DNA from: an uncultured Verrucomicrobiae bacterium
GTDB taxonomy: Bacteria; Verrucomicrobiota; Verrucomicrobiia; Chthoniobacterales; JAFAMB01
Assembly: GCA_963762565.1 (NCBI GenBank)
Contig: CAVXLD010000009.1
Coordinates: 125,257 to 189,256, forward strand
Length of the DNA: 64,000 bases
Reading direction: 5' to 3'
The notes beneath the pieces are model-generated. The model made no database searches, had not been told where the DNA came from, and saw only the letters and a program-made list of their open reading frames with translations. A program made the translations under genes and the position numbers. Position 1 is the first letter of the stretch; each line of letters starts with the position of its first letter. Shown here one piece after another: positions 39,845-49,706 of this stretch.

Positions 39845-39898
39845 TTAAAGCAGCTCCTTAAGAGGTGATTTTTAAAGTTGTTCATAAGATTGCCGCAG

Positions 39899-39957
39899 TG
39901 GTACCCACGAGTACCATCGGGCGTCTTTCATAATGGTACGATATCGTACCATGTCAA
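39899..39957 (-). promoter_or_regulatory. Promoter of the NmrA gene with two TGGTAC-N6-GTACCA operator-like palindromes
   Basis: Perfect 20-bp palindrome ATGGTACGATATCGTACCAT at 39933-39952 directly downstream of a minus-strand TTGACA (39952-39957); second copy at 39899-39916. Confidence 0.65.
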
Positions 39958-39987
39958 GCATCGAGAATCGTCGATGCCCGGTCGCCC

Positions 39988-40170
39988 GGGAGGGATCGCT
40001 GCCTGTCCGACATAGCCGTCCGTTGCGCGCTTCCTCTTCCCAGGGCTGGCGACGTCGGATCCTCGCGATCCGATGCTACCGAAGCCCAGGACCGGTTGTG
40101 ATCGCGGACCGAAATTACGCTTTTGAGTGGTGGCGCATCCTCGCGGCGCGCGGGGACGCGCGCCCTCCCC
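39988..40170. repeat. REP-pair element family C, copy with a 60-nt insertion
   Basis: GGGAGGGATCGC[insert]TCCTCGCGATCC ... GGCGCGCGGGGACGCGCGCCCTCCCC. Confidence 0.8.
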
Positions 40171-40233
40171 GAAATTTCATTTGCGTACCCCGGCTCAGCG
40201 TGCCACTTTCCGGGTCTTTACCAGCTCGTCGCC

Positions 40234-40548
40234 ATGGCATACGCAATTATCCGTTCAGGGAATAAACAGTATCGGGTCAGCCCCGGCGAAACGGTGGCCG
40301 TCGAAAAGCTTTCCGGCCAAGCCGGCGACAATATCACATTTGCTGAAGTTGTGCTTCATTGTGATGGTGATAAAGTGACGGTGGGTGCTCCCTTGATTGA
40401 CGGAGCGAAAGTCTCCGGTCAAGTAGTGGAGCAATTTAAGGATAAAAAGGTGATCGCATTCAAGTACCGGCGCCGGAAGGGTTATCACCGGACGGTGGGC
40501 CATCGACGCCAGTTGACTCGGGTTAAGATCGGATCGATCGACCTCTAA
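40234..40548 (+). CDS. rplU: 50S ribosomal protein L21
   Basis: MAYAIIRSGNKQYRV, KKVIAFKYRRRKGYHRTVGHRRQLT. Confidence 0.97.
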   Translation: MAYAIIRSGNKQYRVSPGETVAVEKLSGQAGDNITFAEVVLHCDGDKVTVGAPLIDGAKVSGQVVEQFKDKKVIAFKYRRRKGYHRTVGHRRQLTRVKIGSIDL

Positions 40549-40574
40549 TTTTATCCTTTTGCGATTTTTAGCGT

Positions 40575-40841
40575 ATGGCACATAAGAAAGGTCAAGGCAG
40601 CGTCAAGAACGGACGCGACAGCGTCAGCAAACGGCTGGGCGTGAAGAAGTTCGGTAGCCAGCAAGTCGTTGCCGGAAATATCATTATTCGCCAGCGCGGC
40701 ACCAAGTTTTTGCCGGGAAAGAATGTTGGGCTTGGTCGGGATTACACAATCTTCGCCCTAGTAGACGGTATTGTACGCTTCGATCGAAACGGTCGTCGTG
40801 TGAATGTCGATTCTACCTTGGCGCAAGTGAGCTCGAATTAA
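40575..40841 (+). CDS. rpmA: 50S ribosomal protein L27
   Basis: [34 protein letters not shown]. Confidence 0.98.
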   Translation: MAHKKGQGSVKNGRDSVSKRLGVKKFGSQQVVAGNIIIRQRGTKFLPGKNVGLGRDYTIFALVDGIVRFDRNGRRVNVDSTLAQVSSN

Positions 40842-40868
40842 CGACGGCAACAGTTTCCCTCCCGACGG

Positions 40869-40901
40869 AAAAAGCGCCTCGATCCTTGAGGCGCTTTTTT
40901 T
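40869..40901 (+). terminator. Rho-independent terminator after rpmA
   Basis: AAAAAGCGCCTC-loop-GAGGCGCTTTTTTT. Confidence 0.85.
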
Positions 40902-40951
40902 GTTTTTGGGATTAAAGGGAGGACAGGCAGCGCGCCCTCCCTCGCAAACAC

Positions 40952-41422
40952 ATGTTTAATCTGGTCCTAGTTGAACCTGAGATTCCACCGAACACCGGAA
41001 ACGTCGCCCGTCTGGCATTGGCAACCGGTAGTACCCTGCATTTGGTGAAGCCTCTCGGTTTTTCCATCGATGACCGGCATCTTCGCCGCGCTGGCATGGA
41101 CTACTGGAAGAACGTTGACCTTCAGCTTTGGGAGAATTTCGAGGAATTCGAGCTCAAGACCAAACCTTCCGCCCGCAGATTCTTTTTCTCTACCAAAGCA
41201 AAAAACCCCTACTGGCAAATCGAGTTCCTATACCGAGACTATCTGATTTTTGGACGCGAGACCAAGGGATTACCGGCCAGCTTATTGGCTCGGCACGCTG
41301 AGCACGCCTTTCAGATTCCCATGCGCCCGCAAGCTCGCAGTTTGAATCTCGCCACTGCCGTCGCGATAGTGCTATTTGAAGGCATCCGACAACTCTCCAC
41401 TACCGACTCTGATACCGAGTGA
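40952..41422 (+). CDS. trmL: tRNA (cytidine/uridine-34 2'-O)-methyltransferase
   Basis: PEIPPNTGNVAR, LRRAGMDYW, FGRETKGLP, RSLNLA. Confidence 0.93.
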   Translation: MFNLVLVEPEIPPNTGNVARLALATGSTLHLVKPLGFSIDDRHLRRAGMDYWKNVDLQLWENFEEFELKTKPSARRFFFSTKAKNPYWQIEFLYRDYLIFGRETKGLPASLLARHAEHAFQIPMRPQARSLNLATAVAIVLFEGIRQLSTTDSDTE

Positions 41423-42090
41423 ACACACCCGCTCAACTTACCGCTCGTAACATTTATCGATCGTTCAAGATCGGTACCCGAAAGGTCGAGGTGCTTCGCG
41501 GGATCAATCTTGAGATCAACAAGGGCGAGTCAGTGTTCTTATGCGGCGCTTCCGGAGCGGGCAAGACCACACTGCTTTACACATTAGCCGGATTAGAACG
41601 GCCGGAATCGGGTGAGGTCATGTTCGAAGACCATCGATTATACAGTGGCGGAGCGGCTCAAGACGCCAAGATCCGCAACCAAAAGATGGGATTCGTATTT
41701 CAAGGGTACTTTCTTTTGCCGGAATTGACCGCCTTGGAAAATACGCTACTGCCATCGTTGATACGTCACCGGCCGGACCCTTCGATTGCCCAATCTTTGT
41801 TGGAAAGAGTCGGCCTAGCGGATCGTATGCTGCACCTTCCTAGCGAGCTTTCCGGCGGGGAACAGCAGCGGGTCGCGATCGCCCGAGCCTTGGTTAACGA
41901 TCCGGCGATTGTCTTTGCTGATGAACCAACCGGCAACCTCGATACGGAGAACGGAAAAGGGATCATGGAACTCTTGGGAGGGTTGGTTCGAGAGAAGCAG
42001 AAAACGCTGGTGGTAGTGACGCACGACCAGGACTTGGCCGCTCAGGGTGATCGCGTCGTCCACATCCGCGATGGCCATCTAGTTGATTGA
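41419..42090 (+). CDS. ABC transporter ATP-binding protein (LolD/MacB-like)
   Basis: [37 protein letters not shown]. Confidence 0.92.
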   Translation: MNTPAQLTARNIYRSFKIGTRKVEVLRGINLEINKGESVFLCGASGAGKTTLLYTLAGLERPESGEVMFEDHRLYSGGAAQDAKIRNQKMGFVFQGYFLLPELTALENTLLPSLIRHRPDPSIAQSLLERVGLADRMLHLPSELSGGEQQRVAIARALVNDPAIVFADEPTGNLDTENGKGIMELLGGLVREKQKTLVVVTHDQDLAAQGDRVVHIRDGHLVD

Positions 42091-42168
42091 ACGACCATCT
42101 ATGGCACCGAGACACTCCAACGCTCCGAAAGCAGCCCAACCCCGCGCGCGGTCGCAGGGGTACAATTT

Positions 42169-42291
42169 GGGGAGGGCGCGCGTCCCCGCGCGCCGCGAGG
42201 ACGTGCTACAACCGAAGGGTGTATTTTCGTCCCCGATCACGACACGCCCTTGGTTTCGGTCACACCGGATCGCGAGGACGCGATCCCTCCC
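42169..42291. repeat. Family C, uninterrupted inverted copy (further degenerate copies near 24389-24413 and 54196-54320)
   Basis: GGGGAGGGCGCGCGTCCCCGCGCGCC ... GGATCGCGAGGACGCGATCCCTCCC. Confidence 0.8.
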
Positions 42292-42381
42292 GGCGATGGG
42301 CCTAGCGAAGTCGGGAGAACGAAGCCACCAATCACCTCTCACCAATCATTTCTCACCTCTCACCTCTGACCGACCCACCCC

Positions 42382-43260
42382 ATGAACCTAAAAATCTATA
42401 TCGACGGCACATTTTACGAACAATCCGAGGCCAAGATTTCCGTTTTTGATCACGGCGTCCTCTATGGAGATGGTGTGTTTGAAGGGATTCGGTTCTACCA
42501 GGACAGAGTATTCCGATTGGATGAACACATTGATCGGCTTTGGGACTCAGCCAAGGCGATCGCCCTGGACATACCGCTATCTCAGGCGGAATTGATGGAA
42601 GCGACCCTTAACACTATCCGGCAAAACGACCTGCACGATGGTTACATCCGGTTGCTGGTAACCCGAGGCGTTGGTTCGCTCGGGCTTAGCCCGGACAGTT
42701 GTCGCCGGCCTAGTATCATCATCATCGCCGCCACCATCGCCCTTTATCCGGACTCGCTGTATGAAAAGGGCCTCACCCTGTCGACTTGCTCGATTCGACG
42801 GATCCCTCCGGCCGCATTGAGCCCACGGATTAAGTCCCTGAACTATTTGAACAACATCCTGGCTAAGATCGAGGCCCAGCAAGCGGGTGCGGCTGAAGGA
42901 GTTATGCTTAACGAACAGGGTTATGTGGCCGAGTGTACCGGGGACAATTTGTTCGTGATCAAGAACGGAGTGATCTCGACCCCGCCCGTCAACGCCGGGA
43001 TCTTGGCTGGGGTTACCCGAGGCGTCGTCTTTGAACTCGCTCAGCAGAACGGCATTCCGATTAAGGAAGCGGATTTGACACGGTACGATATATTGGTCGC
43101 AGACGAATGTTTTCTTACCGGTACCGCTGCAGAAGTGATCGCGGCTGTTCAACTGGACCGTCGACCGATCGGCAATGGCCACCCGGGGCCGATCACTCTC
43201 AAACTGGTAGAAGAGTTCCGCGGGTTGACACGCTCGACCGGCACTCCGATCTATCATTAG
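42382..43260 (+). CDS. ilvE: Branched-chain amino acid aminotransferase
   Basis: DHGVLYGDGVFEG, KSLNYLNN, ECTGDNLF, ADECFLTGTAAEV. Confidence 0.95.
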   Translation: MNLKIYIDGTFYEQSEAKISVFDHGVLYGDGVFEGIRFYQDRVFRLDEHIDRLWDSAKAIALDIPLSQAELMEATLNTIRQNDLHDGYIRLLVTRGVGSLGLSPDSCRRPSIIIIAATIALYPDSLYEKGLTLSTCSIRRIPPAALSPRIKSLNYLNNILAKIEAQQAGAAEGVMLNEQGYVAECTGDNLFVIKNGVISTPPVNAGILAGVTRGVVFELAQQNGIPIKEADLTRYDILVADECFLTGTAAEVIAAVQLDRRPIGNGHPGPITLKLVEEFRGLTRSTGTPIYH

Positions 43261-43324
43261 TGGTATGCGTACAGAAATTGCTCAACTCGGTGAAAGCCGA
43301 GCGATATCATAAGAAGGTAAAACC

Positions 43325-43822
43325 ATGATCTGCGACGTCTGCAAAACTCACACCGCGACAGTCTATCTTACCCAGATCGTGGATGGGAACATGAAGAAGA
43401 TCAATCTGTGCGAGGCGTGCTCAAAAGAGAAGGGCGTCGCCGACCCCACCGGCTTCGCCTTGGCAGACCTTCTGTTGGGTCTCGGTGAAAACCAGCAAGT
43501 GGAGCAGGTTAGTCAGACTGAGCATTGCCCGGTGTGTGGTTTCACCCAGGCTGATTTTAAAAAAACCGGCCGCCTCGGGTGCAGCGCCTGCTATCATACT
43601 TTCTCTGACGCCCTTGGATCCTTGATCAAAGCAATGCACAAAGGGACACAGCACGCGGGCAAAATTCCTGCGCGGCTATACCGCGATCTTGCGCGAACAG
43701 ACCGGCTCAATGAGCTCCGTAAACACCTAGAAGTTGCGGTTTCCAAGGAAGACTACGAGAAGGCAGCAAATCTGCGCGACGAGATTCGGCAGTTAGAAGG
43801 AGGTCAACCACAATCGATATGA
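43325..43822 (+). CDS. mcsA: McsA (UvrB/UvrC-motif zinc protein)
   Basis: Four CxxC motifs, GRLGC..CY, H.GK.P, EDYEKAANLRDEI. Confidence 0.92.
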   Translation: MICDVCKTHTATVYLTQIVDGNMKKINLCEACSKEKGVADPTGFALADLLLGLGENQQVEQVSQTEHCPVCGFTQADFKKTGRLGCSACYHTFSDALGSLIKAMHKGTQHAGKIPARLYRDLARTDRLNELRKHLEVAVSKEDYEKAANLRDEIRQLEGGQPQSI

Positions 43823-44901
43823 AGATTGATCCGATTCTGACCAGACCTGGCGACTGGCTCTCCGGCGGGAGCCGGCATCCTATCGTGATCTCCAGCCGGG
43901 TTAGACTCGCCCGGAATTTGGCAAAACTACCCTTCCCTGGTTGGGCAAAGAAATCTGAACGGGTTCGAATTCTGGAAGAGATAAAACCGGAAGTCGATAT
44001 GCTACCGGCGATAAAGGATGGATTTTCCGAACAACTGAACGAGCTGACAGCAACAGAAAAGCAAGTTTTGGTTGAACGCCATCTGATTAGCCGAGAGCAC
44101 GCAGCCAAGGGCATGGGGAGTGCTGTAGTGATTAATCCGCAGCAAACAATTTCTATTATGATCAATGAGGAAGACCATCTCCGTATGCAGGCGATCACCT
44201 GCGAACTGGAGCTGGAGAAAACCTTCCAACTGATCGACGAAATCGACACCGCGCTCGAGGCGCAACTCGATTTCGCATTTGACGAGGAGCTAGGTTACCT
44301 GACGGCCTGTCCGACTAATGTTGGTACGGGAATGCGGGCATCGGCCATGGTTCATCTGCCTGGATTGGTTCTAGGCGAACAGATCAATCAAGTGGTCAAT
44401 TCGGTGAACAAAATCGGTCTGGCAGTTCGAGGACTCTATGGCGAGGGCACCGAAGCCATGGGGAATCTCTTCCAGGTGTCAAACCAAACGACGCTCGGAG
44501 AGAAGGAAGATCAGATCATCGGACGGCTGCACAAAGTAATCGAGACTTTGATCCAAAGGGAAACGCAGGCTCGAGAGAATCTGCTAGCAACAAAGCGTAC
44601 GACGCTAATGGATCAAACCGGCCGTGCTTACGGGATATTGACCCACGCTTATTCGATTTCTTCGAAAGAAGCGCTGAATCTTATCTCGATTTTGAGGTTG
44701 GGAATCGATCTCGGGTTCTTCCCTGAGGAGGGCCGAGCAATCATCAACCAACTCTTGATGGATACACAACCAGCGCATTTGCAGAACCTTTCTCAACAGA
44801 AGTTAGCGGCTGAGGAGCGGGATCATTTGCGGGCTGATATCGTTCGCGAGAGGTTGAAAAATTTCCCTAGACCGCCTAATACTAAATCGCCGGGGCAATA
44901 G
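43819..44901 (+). CDS. mcsB: Protein arginine kinase McsB
   Basis: [46 protein letters not shown]. Confidence 0.95.
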   Translation: MKIDPILTRPGDWLSGGSRHPIVISSRVRLARNLAKLPFPGWAKKSERVRILEEIKPEVDMLPAIKDGFSEQLNELTATEKQVLVERHLISREHAAKGMGSAVVINPQQTISIMINEEDHLRMQAITCELELEKTFQLIDEIDTALEAQLDFAFDEELGYLTACPTNVGTGMRASAMVHLPGLVLGEQINQVVNSVNKIGLAVRGLYGEGTEAMGNLFQVSNQTTLGEKEDQIIGRLHKVIETLIQRETQARENLLATKRTTLMDQTGRAYGILTHAYSISSKEALNLISILRLGIDLGFFPEEGRAIINQLLMDTQPAHLQNLSQQKLAAEERDHLRADIVRERLKNFPRPPNTKSPGQ

Positions 44902-44936
44902 GCAAACATTTAGCCTGCCTGGCACGCAGAATTGCA

Positions 44937-47411
44937 ATGATGAATAATTTTACTCCACGTGCGCAACAAGTGTTGGCGCTTGCGCGCAAGGAAGCCGATC
45001 GGTTTAACCACAACTACGTCGGTACCGAGCATCTTTTGCTTGGGCTGATCAAGCTCGGCCAAGGCGTCGCAGTCAACGTGCTCCAAAAGATGGGGTTGGA
45101 TTTGGAGACGGTTCGGATGGAGGTCGAGAAGCACGTAGGATCTCACCCTGAGACAAAGATGGTGGGTAATATCCCTTACACGCCTCGAGTCAAAAAAGTG
45201 CTCGCTCTAGCCGGCAAGGAAGCGAAGGCTCTCAATCATTCCTATGTCGGGACGGAACATATCTTGCTGGGATTACTTCGAGAAGGGGAAGGCGTAGCGG
45301 CACGGGTATTAAAGAGTCTTGAAGTTGATATTGAACGAACTCGGAACGAAATTCTAAAAGAATTGGACCCAAACTTTACACCACCGGAAAGCGAGGCGGA
45401 GCCCCCGCAGGAAGGGAATAAGAAAGATGTTAAGACGCCAGCCCTCCGAGCGTTTGGACGCGATCTGACCGAGCTGGCTAAAAAGGCTGAACTCGACCCG
45501 GTAATCGGTCGAAAGAATGAGATAGAGCGAGTCATCCAAATCCTTTGCCGGCGGACCAAGAATAATCCGGTCCTGCTTGGCGAGGCAGGTGTGGGAAAAA
45601 CGGCCATTGTGGAAGGGCTCGCCCAAGAAATCGCCGCTGGGAATGTCCCTGAGCTCTTAAGAGATAAACGAGTGATTACACTCGATCTGGCTCTAATGGT
45701 GGCTGGAACAAAATACCGTGGCCAGTTTGAGGAACGCATCAAAGCGGTGATGGACGAGATTCGGCGTTCCAAGAACGTGATTCTCTTCATCGACGAGCTA
45801 CACACCATCGTCGGAGCTGGTTCCGCCGAGGGCGCCATGGATGCTTCCAACATTATCAAACCCGCGCTCAGCCGAGGTGAACTTCAATGCGTAGGTGCCA
45901 CCACCCTGAACGAATACCGGAAGTACATCGAAAAGGACGCTGCTCTTGAGCGACGCTTTCAAACCGTCAAAGTGGAAGCTCCTTCAGTCGATGAAGCCAT
46001 CCAGATATTGAGAGGACTCCGCCCCAAGTACGAGGCTCACCACAAAGCCAAACTGACCGACGAAGCCCTAGACGCAGCGGTCAAACTCTCGGATCGATAC
46101 CTTACCGGCCGGTTTTTGCCCGATAAAGCGATCGATGTGATGGACGAAGCCGGTGCGCGTGCCCGTATCAATGCGATGACCCGGCCGCCCGACGTCAAAG
46201 AAATCGAGAAAGAGATCGACTCCATACGAGCGGATAAAGAAGCAGCGATTAAAGCTCAAGATTTCGAAAAGGCCGCTGCTCTGAGGGACTCGGAGAAGCA
46301 GGCTAAGGATAAGCTGGAGCGAATCTTAGCCGATTGGCGCGAACAGCGAGAAGAACAGTCAGTCCTGGTGACCGGTGATGACATCATGCACATCGTGTCG
46401 AAGTGGACGGGTGTACCGCTGCACCGCATGGAAGAACAGGAGACCCAGAAACTTCTCCGCATGGAGGAGGAACTGAAGTCACAAGTCGTCGGACAAGACG
46501 AGGCTGTGACCACGATCAGTAAGGCGCTTCGGCGATCTCGTGCGGATTTGAAGGATCCGCGACGTCCGATTGGTTCATTTGTCTTCCTCGGACCGACCGG
46601 GGTAGGTAAAACGTTCCTGGCACGATGCCTGGCGGAGTTCATGTTTGGTGACGCCGATGCGTTGATCCAGATCGATATGTCTGAGTACATGGAGAAATTC
46701 ACCGCCTCGCGACTGATCGGTTCGCCTCCGGGCTATGTCGGTTACGAAGAAGGCGGCCAACTCTCCGAAGCCGTACGCCGGCGCCCCTACTCGGTGGTTT
46801 TGTTCGACGAAATTGAGAAAGCTCACCCGGATGTCATGCATCTGCTTCTACAGATTTTGGAAGAGGGCAAGATAACCGATAGCCTCGGTCGAAAGATTGA
46901 TTTCAGGAACACGATCATCATCATGACTTCGAACGTAGGAGCGGAGCTGATCAAGCGGCAAACGTCACTCGGCTTCGGCGCTCAGACCGGACAGGAGTCC
47001 TACGAAACGATGAAGCAAGTCATCTTAGAGGAATCCAAGAAGGTATTTAAGCCGGAATTCTTGAATCGGTTGGATGACATCATCGTGTTCCACACGCTGG
47101 AACGCGAAGATCTGGTTCGAATTGTCGACCTGGAAGTAGCCAAAGTTGTTGAGCGGGTCCGGAACAAGTCGATTCACATTCACCTGGATCCGACCGCGGT
47201 CGAGCTTCTCATCGAGAAAGGGTACGACCCCATCTACGGCGCCCGGCCGATGCGCCGTGCAGTGGAACGGTTCTTGGAGGACCCCCTCGCTGAGGAAATA
47301 TTACGTGGTAACATTAAGCCCGGCGAAACCGTTGAGGTACATGCCGAAACCGACAAGGTGGTCTTCCGCGCGGTCCAACCTGAACAGGGTGAACCCGCTA
47401 CTGCCTCTTAA
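44937..47411 (+). CDS. clpC: ATP-dependent Clp protease ATP-binding subunit ClpC
   Basis: Clp N repeats, GEAGVGKT and GPTGVGKT Walker A motifs, UVR linker, [15 protein letters not shown]. Confidence 0.97.
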   Translation: MMNNFTPRAQQVLALARKEADRFNHNYVGTEHLLLGLIKLGQGVAVNVLQKMGLDLETVRMEVEKHVGSHPETKMVGNIPYTPRVKKVLALAGKEAKALNHSYVGTEHILLGLLREGEGVAARVLKSLEVDIERTRNEILKELDPNFTPPESEAEPPQEGNKKDVKTPALRAFGRDLTELAKKAELDPVIGRKNEIERVIQILCRRTKNNPVLLGEAGVGKTAIVEGLAQEIAAGNVPELLRDKRVITLDLALMVAGTKYRGQFEERIKAVMDEIRRSKNVILFIDELHTIVGAGSAEGAMDASNIIKPALSRGELQCVGATTLNEYRKYIEKDAALERRFQTVKVEAPSVDEAIQILRGLRPKYEAHHKAKLTDEALDAAVKLSDRYLTGRFLPDKAIDVMDEAGARARINAMTRPPDVKEIEKEIDSIRADKEAAIKAQDFEKAAALRDSEKQAKDKLERILADWREQREEQSVLVTGDDIMHIVSKWTGVPLHRMEEQETQKLLRMEEELKSQVVGQDEAVTTISKALRRSRADLKDPRRPIGSFVFLGPTGVGKTFLARCLAEFMFGDADALIQIDMSEYMEKFTASRLIGSPPGYVGYEEGGQLSEAVRRRPYSVVLFDEIEKAHPDVMHLLLQILEEGKITDSLGRKIDFRNTIIIMTSNVGAELIKRQTSLGFGAQTGQESYETMKQVILEESKKVFKPEFLNRLDDIIVFHTLEREDLVRIVDLEVAKVVERVRNKSIHIHLDPTAVELLIEKGYDPIYGARPMRRAVERFLEDPLAEEILRGNIKPGETVEVHAETDKVVFRAVQPEQGEPATAS

Positions 47412-47432
47412 AAAGAGCTACCCAAAGATTCG

Positions 47433-47465
47433 AAAGGGCCGGCGGATGCGCCGGCCTTTTTGTTT
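47433..47465 (+). terminator. Rho-independent terminator after clpC
   Basis: AAAGGGCCGGCG-GATG-CGCCGGCCTTTTTGTTT. Confidence 0.85.
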
Positions 47466-47529
47466 ATCGGCGAGCGGTGCGGCTTCGTTGGGGTTTCTGG
47501 ATGGGTCTTACGCTGACGACTAGATCAGG

Positions 47530-47622
47530 AATGACAAATGACAGATAACAGATGACAAATAGAGTGCTTTTCCGCAGCGTGGCGGCCGCTAATTTGTCAT
47601 CTGTCATTTGTCATCTGTCATT
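47530..47622. repeat. Inverted heptamer-repeat element, same family as 35430
   Basis: (ATGACAR)n ... (YTGTCAT)n. Confidence 0.85.
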
Positions 47623-47637
47623 TCTCTTCCCTTATCC

Positions 47638-48486
47638 ATGTTCTGGAAAACTCGCAGCCGCACACTCGATCTAAGCCATTCGGCTAGAGTCATGGGAATC
47701 TTGAACGTGACGCCGGATTCTTTTTTTGACGGGGGGCAGTTCTTTGGTTTAGACGCAGCGGTATCCCACGCCCGCGAGTTGATCGCAGAAGGCGCCGAGA
47801 TTATCGATGTCGGCGGTGAATCGACAAGGCCTGGAGCCGATCCTGTTTCTTTAGAGGAAGAACTTCGTCGAGTGATTCCGGTAATAGAAAAGATTCGCAT
47901 CGAGTTTCCCTCGGTGCTCATTTCCGTCGACACCTATAAGGCGGAGACAGCGCGCCAAGCGATCCGTGCCGGAGCGGACATTATTAACGATATTACGGCC
48001 CTGTGCGGCGACCCCGAAATGATCGACGTGGTTCTGGAGAGTGGAGCAGCCGTTGTCTTGATGCATATGCAAGGCCTACCCAAAACGATGCAAGTCGCGC
48101 CTTGCTACCGGGACGTAGTGAACGAAGTAATCGAATTTCTGGGCGATCGGCGCGATTGGCTCATACGTTGCGGGGTGGACCGCAAAAGTATCGCCATTGA
48201 CCCGGGATTTGGCTTTGGCAAGCGGTTAGCTGACAATATCAAACTGATGCGTAACCTGGATGCGTTCCAAGCATTAGCCCAACCATTGCTCATCGGTGTG
48301 TCCAGAAAATCCGGTTTAGCCCAACTCTCTGGAAATCCAGGTTTACCAGCCTCCAAAAGGATCTGGCCGACCGTCGCTTTGACTTGCCTTCTCCGCGAAA
48401 AAGGTGCTCACCTGTTGCGTGTCCATGATGTGAAGCCCAATCTAGAGGCTTTGCGGATGGCAGAAGCAATTCTCGAACAATGTTAG
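47638..48486 (+). CDS. folP: Dihydropteroate synthase
   Basis: MGILNVTPDSFFDGG, IDVGGESTRPGA, DPGFGFGK, GVSRKS, RVHDV. Confidence 0.96.
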   Translation: MFWKTRSRTLDLSHSARVMGILNVTPDSFFDGGQFFGLDAAVSHARELIAEGAEIIDVGGESTRPGADPVSLEEELRRVIPVIEKIRIEFPSVLISVDTYKAETARQAIRAGADIINDITALCGDPEMIDVVLESGAAVVLMHMQGLPKTMQVAPCYRDVVNEVIEFLGDRRDWLIRCGVDRKSIAIDPGFGFGKRLADNIKLMRNLDAFQALAQPLLIGVSRKSGLAQLSGNPGLPASKRIWPTVALTCLLREKGAHLLRVHDVKPNLEALRMAEAILEQC

Positions 48487-49277
48487 ATTCGGTTTTTCAA
48501 TTCGTAGGGGAAAACTGGAATGCGGCGATCGAGATACTGCTGCTCGCTATCGGCATTTATTATGGGTACCTCTATTTTCGAGGAACTCGCGGGGCAAAGG
48601 TGTTCACCGGGTTAGCCGTCCTTTTCATTTTTCTAACCCTCGCCTCGCAACTTCTTAATTTGACGGTACTCAGCTGGTTGCTTCGAAGTTTGACCGCCTT
48701 TGTGGCCTTCGCCCTGGTCGTCATCTTTCAACCCGAACTGCGGCGGGCTTTGGCGGAACTCGGCAGCAGCCGGCTTTTTTCGTCAACGACACAGAAGAAA
48801 GAAACGATCGATGTTTTGGCGGATTCTGTCTTGGAGCTAGCAAGTAAGCAGATCGGGGCGTTGATTGCGATCGAGAGAGACACTGCTATCCGAAATTTTG
48901 CCGAGAGCGGTGTCAACCTGGACTGCGAAGTTTCTCAAGAAGTACTACTCACGATCTTTTTTCCCAAAACGCCGCTGCACGACGGAGGTGTCATTATCCG
49001 CGATGATCGCTTACTCGCGGCCGCCTGCATTTTCCCGGTTAGCCAACGGGAAGATCTGGACCGGGCTCTTGGGTTAAGACACCGAGCGGGGCTGGGTATC
49101 ACCGAGGAATCTGACGCCATCGCGATTGTGGTCTCCGAGGAGACAGGAAACCTTTCTATTTGCCATCGAGGAAGAATTGAGCGGGGATTCAAGCCGGACC
49201 AATTTGAAAAAAGGCTCTCTGAACTCCTTCTCAAGGGTGATCAGGCTAACGGCGAAGTGGAGTCGGAGACTCCGTAA
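48480..49277 (+). CDS. cdaA: Membrane diadenylate cyclase CdaA
   Basis: Three TM helices, IFQPELRRALAELG, TPLHDGGVII, GLRHRAGLGITEESDA, VSEETG. Confidence 0.94.
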   Translation: MLDSVFQFVGENWNAAIEILLLAIGIYYGYLYFRGTRGAKVFTGLAVLFIFLTLASQLLNLTVLSWLLRSLTAFVAFALVVIFQPELRRALAELGSSRLFSSTTQKKETIDVLADSVLELASKQIGALIAIERDTAIRNFAESGVNLDCEVSQEVLLTIFFPKTPLHDGGVIIRDDRLLAAACIFPVSQREDLDRALGLRHRAGLGITEESDAIAIVVSEETGNLSICHRGRIERGFKPDQFEKRLSELLLKGDQANGEVESETP

Positions 49278-49295
49278 ACAATGGCCACGAAAAGC

Positions 49296-49445
49296 ATGAT
49301 TAAGCGTTTTTTCGTCGAAAATTGGCGCGCAAAATTGATGTCGCTGATCGTCGCCTGCGCCGTCTGGTACGTAATCAAGAAGAACATCACCACCTCCCCT
49401 GAAAACTGGAGGGGAGAAGATCGGCACGAGAGGCTGAATAAGTAG
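49296..49445 (+). CDS. Small membrane peptide resembling the N-terminal TM segment of CdaR/YbbR (alternative in-frame start 49281)
   Basis: MIKRFFVENWRAKLMSLIVACAVWYVIKKNITTSPENWRGEDRHERLNK; NWxxKLxSLxxAxxxW pattern; located between cdaA and glmM; below the ORF-track length cutoff. Confidence 0.7.
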   Translation: MIKRFFVENWRAKLMSLIVACAVWYVIKKNITTSPENWRGEDRHERLNK

Positions 49446-49450
49446 GAGTT

Positions 49451-49662
49451 GGTAGGGCGAGGCTCCTGAATAACCTTTGGCCTTCTACGAAGGGTTTACG
49501 CTTCGTGGAAGACAGCGCAGTCTTAGGCCGAACCGCTCGCCGAGCCGTGGTGTATCGTGGGCCACGGCTCGGCGCGCCTATAGTCCTTGCTTATCGATAA
49601 GTTCGTGTTAGCGCGCTCAGCCTTGGGTAAATCGTTGGGCACTTCGGGAGCCTCGCCCTACC
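49451..49662. repeat. Family B, copy 6
   Basis: Terminal and central arms. Confidence 0.88.
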
Positions 49663-49706
49663 AGCTTCTTGAACTCTTTGTCCATTTGCTATTTCCTATC
49701 TCCCCA

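Noticed and set aside
42577..46841. Long antisense ORFs over ilvE, mcsB and clpC
   Set aside because: Shadow ORFs of well-conserved genes with no recognisable motifs.
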